Positions 13,129-20,040 of a DNA stretch of 22,308 bases are shown piece by piece. The position numbers and the translations under genes were made by a program. This stretch comes from an uncultured Pseudomonadales bacterium (GTDB lineage Bacteria > Pseudomonadota > Gammaproteobacteria > Pseudomonadales > Oleiphilaceae). The DNA lies in contig CAZEWG010000037.1 in the NCBI GenBank assembly GCA_964514485.1, positions 1-22,308 on the forward strand. Reading direction: 5' to 3'. The notes beneath the pieces are model-generated. The model was not told the origin of the DNA. It worked only from the letters and a program-made list of their open reading frames with translations, and did not search any database. Positions within the stretch are counted from its first letter, which is position 1, and each line of letters starts with the position of its first letter.

Positions 13129-13821
13129 ATGAGTGTATTGCGCAAGATCTGGACTGCACTGCGGGGGAGCGCCCGTGAACTGGGTGATGCCGTGGTGGAC
13201 GCCAACAGCATCCGTATTTTTGAACAGGAAATTCGTGACGCCCAGGCTGCCATTGATGACTCCAAGCGGGCGCTGACAGGGGTGATGGCGGACAAGATGA
13301 AAATCGACCGTCGTCTTGCTGAGCTCAATGACCTGATTGCGGATGACGAAGCCAGTGCCGTTAAAGCGCTGGAGCAGGATAACGAGGCCCTGGCCCTGGA
13401 AGTGGCCCAGCGTATTGCCAAGCGGGAGGCTGAGCGTAAGGAGCAGTTTGAAATTGCTGAGCGCCTGGCCTCGCAAATTGCTTCGCTGCGCCAGAAGATT
13501 GATGCCGCCGAGAAGATCATTGCCGATCACCAACGGGAGCTTTCCATTGTGCGTACGACGGAAAGCGTGCAGAAGGCCACGGTCCAGATTGTCGATAACA
13601 TCGCTGCCCAGGACTCCACGCTGAGTTCGGCCCGCAGCTCCCTGGAGCGGATCAAGGCGCGTCAACAGCGGCTGGATGACCGCCTGGCCGCCGGTGAAGT
13701 GCTGGCCCGGGAGTCCGGTGAGCAGGCGCTGGATGAGAAGTTGAAGGCCGCCGGTATTAAAGGTGAAGCAGCGGATGCCAACGCAATTCTCGCCCGGTTG
13801 CGGGCCCGTGCTGAGTCCTGA
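13129..13821 (+). CDS. yjfJ: PspA/IM30 (ESCRT-III superfamily) membrane-stress protein, YjfJ-like
   Basis: The 230-aa all-helical coiled-coil protein begins MSVLRKIWTALRGSARELGDAVVDANSIRIFEQEIRDAQAAIDDSKRALTGVMADKMK, which is typical of the PspA/IM30/Vipp1 family. It has an AGAAGGA Shine-Dalgarno. Its length matches E. coli YjfJ, and it follows a DUF2170 gene. Confidence 0.9.
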   Translation: MSVLRKIWTALRGSARELGDAVVDANSIRIFEQEIRDAQAAIDDSKRALTGVMADKMKIDRRLAELNDLIADDEASAVKALEQDNEALALEVAQRIAKREAERKEQFEIAERLASQIASLRQKIDAAEKIIADHQRELSIVRTTESVQKATVQIVDNIAAQDSTLSSARSSLERIKARQQRLDDRLAAGEVLARESGEQALDEKLKAAGIKGEAADANAILARLRARAES

Positions 13822-13890
13822 AAGGATCAATGAACCTGGCTGCCCATTTTAACTTGCCACCTTGGCTGACAGACCGGGAAGGAGGAATCC

Positions 13891-14223
13891 GTGCCTGACC
13901 GTAACGATCGCTGGAAAAAGGAACGCGAGGCCATTCGGGCAACCCAGATAGCATTCGATCTTTCCATGGAGACCCAGTACAGTGTTAAACGGGCGGCGCT
14001 GGCTGAGCGGCTCAGCCCGCCCGACTATGTCCGTAAGCTGTTAGGCCTGCCCTATAACAAGCGTCCGGTGCGGCCTCGGTTGACGGTCACCTTTCGGCCG
14101 GAAGACTTGGAATTGCTGGGGCAGCGTTATGGCGTTGCCCCCAGTGATTTCATCAAGATCCGGGAGAGGGCGGCGGAAGAGTTGATCAAGGCTGCACAGC
14201 AAAAGGGTGGCGAAGGGCCATGA
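13891..14223 (+). CDS. Small hypothetical protein (110 aa), probably a tandem ribbon-helix-helix (RHH) DNA-binding protein
   Basis: The GTG start is immediately preceded by a GGAAGGAGG Shine-Dalgarno. Two RHH-like units are present. The first is RATQIAFDLSMETQYSVKRAALAERLSPPDYVRKLL and the second is RPRLTVTFRPEDLELLGQRYGVAPSDFIKIRERAAEEL. Each shows a strand followed by helix A, a turn and helix B. Confidence 0.6.
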   Translation: MPDRNDRWKKEREAIRATQIAFDLSMETQYSVKRAALAERLSPPDYVRKLLGLPYNKRPVRPRLTVTFRPEDLELLGQRYGVAPSDFIKIRERAAEELIKAAQQKGGEGP

Positions 14224-14304
14224 GGCTACAGGCTAGCCTAATGGTTGCTGCCCTTCCGATGCCTGCCCGTTCCTTAGTCTCAGTTCCCCCCCCGTGAACC
14301 GGTT

Positions 14305-14331
14305 GCCTTGTGGATCCAAGGCTAATTTATT
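14305..14331 (+). terminator. Hairpin plus T-rich tract downstream of the 110-aa gene
   Basis: GCCTTG-TGGATC-CAAGGC has a 6-bp stem at 14305-14322. TAATTTATT follows at 14323-14331. This region is AT-rich and noncoding-looking, which argues against the ORF track's 14310 start for the next gene. Confidence 0.4.
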
Positions 14332-14475
14332 ACCTCCTTAAAACGGAAATATTGCTCAGATTTTTCTGGTGCCCCTTAAAAGCTCTGCTACTTTTATGGG
14401 AGTTGCGGGCATTTTGCTTGGCCGCAGTCGACACCCACTTTTATTGGCGTTGCATTCAAGCCACAGGAAAAATCT

Positions 14476-15428
14476 ATGCAGCTCTCAAGAACGCTTGCTC
14501 TGTTTTGTGTGGAGCCCTGGCTCTCGGTAATCCATTCCCGGCACAAGCCTGGGGAAGTCATTTCGAGCAAGTCAGAGCTGACGCTGTCAAAGGAGATGCC
14601 AAAGCCCAAACAGCCCTGGGCAATATGTATCACGATGGTTTTGGGGTGGAGAAGGATATCGCCAAAGCCCTGGAGTGGTATCGCAAGGCTGTCGATCAAG
14701 GCTATGGGGAGGCTCAATTCCGGCTTGGCCACGAGTACTCAACAGGCCATGGAGTGACCGCTGATCAGGAAATGGCCGTTAAGCTGTTTAAGATGGCTGC
14801 AGCCCAAGGGCATGGCGCTGCACAGTTCCGGCTGGCTGAATGTTATTTGGCGGGACTCGGGGTTCAGAAAGATTCGTTTGAGGCCCTAGTCTGGTACAAG
14901 AAGTCAGCCGATGCCGGACACCTGAATGGCCTGTTGAAGATGGCCGACTTCCATTATCGGGAAAAAGAGTGGCCGCAAGCCTTGAGATATTATGAAAAGG
15001 CAGCGGAACAGCGTAGTAGTGAGGCCCAGTATGTGCTTGGTTTGATGTATTTGCAGGGGCAGGGTGTTGACGCGGATGATAAGAAAGGGGCTCGCTATAT
15101 AATGCTTGCCGCTACTGATGATAAGCATATCGCAGCCAAAGCTGTCTATGGGCATTTGTTATCAAAGGGCAGGGGCGTCTCCAAGAATCCCGATCTGGCC
15201 TATGAGTATTTGTCTGATGCGGCCGAGAAAGACGATGTGGAAGCTATGTTTTTGTTGGCGGAAGGATTGTACTCCGGGGAAATCAATCTGCCTGGCTCGG
15301 ATCTGGTTGCAGCATATAGTGGCGAGTCAGTTGACGATGTGCTGAAGCAGGAAGCCAAGGATTGGTATGAAAAAGCTGCTGCCGCCGGAGACTCCAGGGC
15401 ACGATACAGGCTAAGGGAACGTTACTGA
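14476..15428 (+). CDS. Secreted Sel1-like repeat (SLR/TPR-like) protein; start codon and frame at the 5' end unresolved
   Basis: At least seven Sel1 repeats are present (AQTALGNMYHDGFGVEKDIAKALEWYRKAVDQGYGEAQFRLGHEY, AAQGHGAAQFRLAECYLAGLGVQKDSFEALVWYKKSA, AEQRSSEAQYVLGLMYLQGQGVDADDKKGARY and others). A signal-peptide-like segment KNACSVLCGALALGNPFPAQA-WG lies in the repeat frame from 14478, but that frame has no ATG, GTG or TTG. An ATG at 14476 has an AGGA Shine-Dalgarno 7 nt upstream but sits in the +1 frame. GC content is lower than in the surrounding DNA. Confidence 0.65.
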
Positions 15429-15671
15429 GTCGTTTCACCAACTGTTTCCGGGGGGATGACATTCTGTCGCAGCTGAGCCGGCGCCAGCCAATTGGCAATA
15501 CCGGTGGAGCCAACATCAGTGCTTTTGCGTCCATGCCGATTACCAAAGAGTCGCAGGTGATATTGGAACAGGAATCATAGGCTTGCCGACTGACACCAAG
15601 CATCTTGGTAGTAATGACTAATGGGATAGGCCTGCAAGGTTTTTATTTGCAGTCTGTTACTTTAGAATGGG

Positions 15672-15800
15672 CGCGTCATTGGGGAGTAGCCTCTCTTCAT
15701 CATTGAAGAGGCCTGCATCAACACGCTTGACCGGCAGGTCATGGTGCAGGCGGCCTCTGAGCTTGGCAAGACCTTTGACTATGCCGCACCGGTAGGGCCG
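15672..15800 (+). ncRNA. Candidate yybP-ykoY family Mn2+ riboswitch in the leader of the UPF0016 transporter gene
   Basis: The hallmark-like core UUGGGGAGUAGC lies at 15679-15692, immediately downstream of a putative promoter (TTTTAT at 15641-15646, TAGAAT at 15664-15669). A series of helices follows: CCTCTTCA/TGAAGAGG at 15691-15712, CCTGCA...TGCAGG at 15712-15750 and GGGCCG...CGGCCC at 15795-15830. A UUGGCAAGACC segment lies at 15763-15773. UPF0016/GDT1 Mn2+ exporters are a known gene class controlled by this riboswitch. Confidence 0.55.
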
Positions 15801-15844
15801 GGGCGTGGCGTAGTCATTGGTGGTCGGCCCAGAGAACTGTTTAC

Positions 15845-16420
15845 ATGGAAGCTTTTCTACTCTCGACTGGCATTGTGGCGCTCGCTGAAATCGGCGATAA
15901 GACCCAATTGCTCGCCTTCGTCCTCGCTGCGAAATTTCGCAAACCTCTTCCCATCATTCTGGGTATCCTGGTGGCCACCCTGGCCAATCATGCTTTCGCG
16001 GGGGCAGTGGGCGCCTGGATTACCACTCTGGTCGACCCGGCCATTCTGCGTTGGATATTGGGTATTTCCTTTCTGGCCATGGCCGTTTGGATCCTGATTC
16101 CCGACAAGTTGGAGGAAGACGACACCCATCTTGCGCGTTTCGGTGTGTTCGGCACCACCGTTCTGGCCTTTTTCTTGGCCGAAATGGGCGATAAAACCCA
16201 GGTTGCCACCGTTGCATTAGCAGCGCAGTATGCCGCCTTTTTCACAGTGGTCGCGGGTACCACGCTTGGTATGATGATCGCCAATGTGCCCGCGGTGCTG
16301 TTAGGGGATCGCATAGCCAACCGGCTTTCAATCCGGCTGGTGCATGGCATTGTGGCCGTTGTCTTCGTGATTCTGGGAATTGCGGTTTTGGCAGGGGTGG
16401 ATGAATCACTGGGGTTCTGA
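15845..16420 (+). CDS. UPF0016 / GDT1 / TMEM165-family cation (Mn2+/Ca2+) transporter, MneA-like
   Basis: The 191-aa, 6-TM protein carries the family signature E-x-G-D-(K/R)-(T/S) twice, as LAEIGDKTQ in the N-half and LAEMGDKTQ in the C-half. This is the internally duplicated antiparallel architecture of the family. Confidence 0.85.
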   Translation: MEAFLLSTGIVALAEIGDKTQLLAFVLAAKFRKPLPIILGILVATLANHAFAGAVGAWITTLVDPAILRWILGISFLAMAVWILIPDKLEEDDTHLARFGVFGTTVLAFFLAEMGDKTQVATVALAAQYAAFFTVVAGTTLGMMIANVPAVLLGDRIANRLSIRLVHGIVAVVFVILGIAVLAGVDESLGF

Positions 16421-16448
16421 CCCGGGTTGGTTTTTATACAGCGAAGGG

Positions 16449-16469
16449 GGCATCAGGCCCCCTCGATGA
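16449..16469. terminator. GC hairpin between convergent UPF0016 and nhaP2 genes
   Basis: AGGGGGC-ATCAG-GCCCCCT has a 7-bp stem and overlaps the nhaP2 stop codon. The T run GGTTTTTAT lies just upstream on the plus strand, so this is not a canonical intrinsic terminator in either direction. Confidence 0.3.
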
Positions 16470-18189
16470 CTTCCGTATCTGGCCGGCGAATACCCACTGT
16501 GGTGATCCGGTTTTGCAGCATGCTCCGGACGGAGAGGATCACTTCACCCCGAAAGATTTCAGCCCCTTCGGTGACCTGGTCGCCGAGTTCCTGCCGCAGG
16601 AACTGGTCCAGCGTCAATTCAGGGTCCGTGCCCAGATCCAGGCCATAGGAATGCAATAGATGCTTGACTCGATTGCTGCCTTTGACGCGGAGCTCCTGGT
16701 CGGGCAGATCACTGGCGCCTATTTCCGCGGCATCCGAGAACACATAATCCACAAAGGCCCGCGTTTCTGGTTTGATGACCACAAACAGGCTGTCGCCGGC
16801 GTATAGCCGGGTCGAGCCGCGGGGAGGAATAACCTCGGTATTCCGGGCAATCATGGCGATGACCACGCTTTCTGGAAGTGCCAGTTGTGATAGTAGGCGT
16901 CCGGCTGCTTTAGAATGGTCGCCCAGCGTGTATTCCACAATTTCCGCATCCACATCGCCTAGTGCTGTAATCTCAAGGGTCGCGGCAGGCGTGGCGGGGG
17001 GCTTTTCCGTCAGGCCCAGTTTGCGGGCCACCATGGGCAAGGTGGAGCCTTGGACAGTGGCAGAAATCAAGACAACGAAAAAGACCACGTTGAAAATCAG
17101 CGGGGCCCCCGGGAGGTCATAGATCAGGGGAAAGATCGCAAGGATAATGGGTACCGATCCCCGTAGTCCGACCCAGGATACCAGGGTAATTTCCCGGGCG
17201 TTGAAGCCGAAGAGCTGAAGCACTGGAACGACTGCAATGGGCCGTGCAATAAACACCAGCACCAGGGCGATCATCAGGCCTTCCTTCCAGACTTCCAGGA
17301 GTGAAGTCGGGTTAACCAAGAGTCCCAACACCACGAACATGGTGATCTGACTGAACCAGGCCAGGCCGTCATGAAACAGGAAGGTACTGCGCTGGAACAC
17401 AAAGCGGCTGTTGCCGATCAGGACCCCCGCTAGGAAAATAGCCAGGAAGCCGCTGCCCCCGAGGTTGGCTGCAATACCAAAGGCTGCCAGGCCACAGGCT
17501 GCAACCATCACCGGGTACAGGCCCGAGGCTCCCAGTTGAATCCGGTTGATCACGTGGATTGCTGCCCAGCCCACGGCCAGGCCGACGGCGGCGCCTATCC
17601 CCATCTGCATGACAAATAGCTGGAGGAGGGAAAAACCCAGCGGCAGGTCATTGACCAAGACCTCCAGCAGGCCGACCGTTAGGAAAATGGCCATGGGGTC
17701 GTTGGAGGCGCTCTCAATTTCCAGAATGGATTTCAACCGTTTGTTGATATAGATGCCTGCATTCCGTAACAAGGAAAAAACCGCGGCAGCATCGGTAGAG
17801 CCGACAATGGCTCCTAGTAGCAGGCCTTCCAGAAGGGACAGGTCCAGAACCCAGGCTGCGGCTAGTCCGGTGATTGCCGCTGTGACCAGAACGCCGAGGG
17901 TGGCGAGCACTGATGCGGGCTTCCAGACCAGCTTTACGGAAGACATTGGAGTTTGCAGGCCACCATCAAATAGGATCATGGCGAGTGCGAGGGTGCCCAT
18001 GGCGTGGGCCGCAACGGGGTTGTCGAATACAACACCGCCAATTCCGCCTTCCCCGGCCAGAATGCCGGTGAGCAGAAAAAGCACAAGGACGGGGAGTCCG
18101 AGACGAGCAGAGAGCTTGCTGGAGAGAATACCCAAGAGGATCAGGATGGCCGCCAGCAGAATCAGCTTATCGATGGCAAACAATTGCAA
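16453..18189 (-). CDS. nhaP2: CPA1-family K+(Na+)/H+ antiporter with a C-terminal RCK/TrkA-C domain (NhaP2 / CvrA-like)
   Basis: The 578-aa product has about 12 TM helices beginning MQLFAIDKLILLAAILILLGILSSKLSARLGLPVLVLFLLTGILAGEGGIG. Its soluble C-terminal regulatory domain (VVIAMIARNTEVIPPRGSTRLYAGDSLFVVIKPETRAF) matches the NhaP2/CvrA architecture. Confidence 0.85.
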   Translation of the reverse strand: MQLFAIDKLILLAAILILLGILSSKLSARLGLPVLVLFLLTGILAGEGGIGGVVFDNPVAAHAMGTLALAMILFDGGLQTPMSSVKLVWKPASVLATLGVLVTAAITGLAAAWVLDLSLLEGLLLGAIVGSTDAAAVFSLLRNAGIYINKRLKSILEIESASNDPMAIFLTVGLLEVLVNDLPLGFSLLQLFVMQMGIGAAVGLAVGWAAIHVINRIQLGASGLYPVMVAACGLAAFGIAANLGGSGFLAIFLAGVLIGNSRFVFQRSTFLFHDGLAWFSQITMFVVLGLLVNPTSLLEVWKEGLMIALVLVFIARPIAVVPVLQLFGFNAREITLVSWVGLRGSVPIILAIFPLIYDLPGAPLIFNVVFFVVLISATVQGSTLPMVARKLGLTEKPPATPAATLEITALGDVDAEIVEYTLGDHSKAAGRLLSQLALPESVVIAMIARNTEVIPPRGSTRLYAGDSLFVVIKPETRAFVDYVFSDAAEIGASDLPDQELRVKGSNRVKHLLHSYGLDLGTDPELTLDQFLRQELGDQVTEGAEIFRGEVILSVRSMLQNRITTVGIRRPDTEVIEGA

Positions 18190-18482
18190 TTTTCCTTAGT
18201 TCGTTCACTGCATGACAGTGTAAAGTGGCGCACTTAGGCCGTATCCGCCGAAGGATCGCACTATGGTGGAGGCCTGAGTCATCATAAAGAAGCTGCTTAC
18301 TTTACAAGATCGGTACGGAGTGTGGCGAGTACCGTGATAGACTTTCTTTTTTTATTAAATCGGCATCGTAAACAAAAGCATGGGGCGCCCCGTCCTGGTA
18401 GATTGGCACCATCAGGAGCTCTTTATGCTGATGCTAACGGATGACCGATGTTCAGCATTGGCAGTCACAGAGGTAAAGCTTC

Positions 18483-18971
18483 ATGAAGAAAATTGTTATG
18501 GCAGGCGTGCTCGGATTGTTTGCAGTCGGTGCATCTGCTGAAAATATCCCCTACGAGCAGGCTCAAAATGCCGGCATTAAAAAATGCCTGCCCGCCATCA
18601 AAAAGATCACCGATTTCATTATCGAAGATGGCAATGCCGGCGCCCATAGCTTCTGGAACACCAATAACCCCGATGGTTCGGCGTTCTCTACCATCATTGA
18701 GCGCAACTTTTCCGACGGCACTATTCTGACCAACGTCACGGTGGCTCCGACCCCGAATGGAAGCTGCTATGTGGAGTACCAGAAGATTGTTAACCTGAAC
18801 AAGACTTGTCTGGCGGCAGCTCAAGGGCTGGAAGGGGCGAAGTACAAAGCCGAGTTGAACCGGGAGGTGGCAGTGCTGGACCATGGGACGGTATCCGTTT
18901 ACCTGCTTCCCAACGGCAACCAGTGCACCATGATCCGCAAGGAAGTCATTATGGATGGTCTGGCCCTTTAA
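18483..18971 (+). CDS. Small secreted hypothetical protein (162 aa) with a signal peptide
   Basis: An AGAGG Shine-Dalgarno lies upstream of the ATG at 18483. The N-terminus MKKIVMAGVLGLFAVGASA-ENIPYE looks like a signal peptide with an A-x-A cleavage site. The mature part has four Cys (CLPAIKK..., NGSCYVEYQ, KTCLAAAQ, NQCTMIRK), suggesting two periplasmic disulfides. I recognised no family. Confidence 0.7.
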   Translation: MKKIVMAGVLGLFAVGASAENIPYEQAQNAGIKKCLPAIKKITDFIIEDGNAGAHSFWNTNNPDGSAFSTIIERNFSDGTILTNVTVAPTPNGSCYVEYQKIVNLNKTCLAAAQGLEGAKYKAELNREVAVLDHGTVSVYLLPNGNQCTMIRKEVIMDGLAL

Positions 18972-18986
18972 CCATTCTGCCGATCC

Positions 18987-19010
18987 GGCCCTGGCACTTT
19001 AGCCAGGGCT
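18987..19010. terminator. 8-bp GC-rich hairpin between the convergent secreted-protein gene and metR
   Basis: GCCCTGGC-ACTTTA-GCCAGGGC lies 16 nt after the TAA stop at 18969-18971 and 35 nt beyond the metR stop. No U tract follows. Confidence 0.4.
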
Positions 19011-19044
19011 CGCCTAGCAGTAGCCTGATCGGGCACTTGGGAGC

Positions 19045-19941
19045 TTAGCCCGCAAGCTGGTTATGAGTACGGGCAAGCTCCATAAACGCCCGCAAGTAAT
19101 CAATCTCCACATCCCGTTCCCGAATTCCCAGAAAGATCTGTTTGGCAATCCCCTCAGCTCCTAACTGGACCGGGACGATAGGCAGCCGGGTCGCGTATTC
19201 CTCAACCAGCCAGCGGGGCAGGGCAGCCACGCCCCGGCCTGCCGCCACCATTTGCAGCATGATATCCGTCGTCTCAATGGTTTTATGCCGTTTGGGGCTG
19301 CAATTGGCTGGTAGCAGGAACAGGCTGAAAATATCGAGACGCTCCGTTTCCACCGGATAGCTGATCAGGGTTTCGCTGCTTAACTGTTCGGGGCTGACAT
19401 AAGCCGCAGTGGCTAATGGATGCTGCTTGCCGACCACCAGTACCTGTTCGTAGTCGAACACCGGCTGGAACTGTAATCCGGCCATAAAGAGCGGATCGGG
19501 GGTAACCAGAACATCAATCTCATAACCGAACAGGGCGCCGATTCCGCCAAACTGGAACTTCTGCTTTACGTCCACATCCACGTCCGGCCACTGCTGCAAA
19601 TAGGGCGCGACCACTTTCAGTAGCCACTGATAACAAGGGTGACATTCCATGCCGATTCGTAGTGTTCCCCGTTGTCCTTGGGCAAACTGCGCCATGATTT
19701 CTTCCGCATGCTCCAACTGAGGGAGCAGCCTTTGTGCGAGGTTCAGCAGGTAATTGCCGGCCTGGGTAAACCGGAGGTTGCGGCCTTCCTTGATCCAGAC
19801 GGCAGTGCCGATCTGCTGCTCCAGCTTGCGGATGGCGTGGCTCAGGGCTGACTGGGTCAAGCACAGGGCGTCGGCGGCAGCGGTCAGCGTCCCCTGGCGG
19901 TGGACTTCCCGGAGAATGGCCAGATGATGGCGCTCGATCAT
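19045..19941 (-). CDS. metR: LysR-family transcriptional activator MetR
   Basis: The 298-aa product begins MIERHHLAILREVHRQGTLTAAADALCLTQSALSHAIRKLEQQIGTAVWIKEGRNLRFTQAG. It closely parallels the E. coli MetR N-terminal HTH and the co-inducer domain (YPVETERLDIFSLFLLPANCSPK..IMLQMVAAGRGVAALPRWLV). It is divergent from metE, which is the canonical arrangement. Confidence 0.9.
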   Translation of the reverse strand: MIERHHLAILREVHRQGTLTAAADALCLTQSALSHAIRKLEQQIGTAVWIKEGRNLRFTQAGNYLLNLAQRLLPQLEHAEEIMAQFAQGQRGTLRIGMECHPCYQWLLKVVAPYLQQWPDVDVDVKQKFQFGGIGALFGYEIDVLVTPDPLFMAGLQFQPVFDYEQVLVVGKQHPLATAAYVSPEQLSSETLISYPVETERLDIFSLFLLPANCSPKRHKTIETTDIMLQMVAAGRGVAALPRWLVEEYATRLPIVPVQLGAEGIAKQIFLGIRERDVEIDYLRAFMELARTHNQLAG

Positions 19942-19974
19942 GATTTCGACTCATGAATAAAATGAATGGATGAG

Positions 19975-19997
19975 TGAGATAATACCATTATTTCTCA
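19975..19997. promoter_or_regulatory. Nested palindrome in the metR-metE intergenic region (candidate MetR/LysR-type site)
   Basis: TGAGATAATACCATTATTTCTCA has outer arms TGAGA/TCTCA and inner arms ATAAT/ATTAT. The inner part fits a T-N11-A LysR box. An ACTCAT...ATGAGT inverted repeat (19949-19974) also lies nearby. I found no AGACGTCT MetJ boxes. Confidence 0.35.
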
Positions 19998-20040
19998 TGT
20001 TTTAGGCTGGCTAACATGGGCTCATCAGAAAGAGGAGCTT

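Noticed and set aside
13090-13830. 246-aa minus-strand ORF overlapping yjfJ
   Set aside because: It lies antisense to the PspA/IM30 gene, which has a strong Shine-Dalgarno and family signature. Its composition is Leu/Gly/Gln-rich shadow sequence.
15283-15603. 106-aa minus-strand ORF between the Sel1 gene and the riboswitch
   Set aside because: It overlaps the Sel1 gene 3' end and the intergenic region, has no Shine-Dalgarno and has no recognisable features. The region is better explained as terminator and promoter space for the riboswitch-regulated gene.
18382-18391. GGGGCGCCCC perfect palindrome
   Set aside because: It is too short to call a regulatory site on its own. It is noted only within the intergenic finding.
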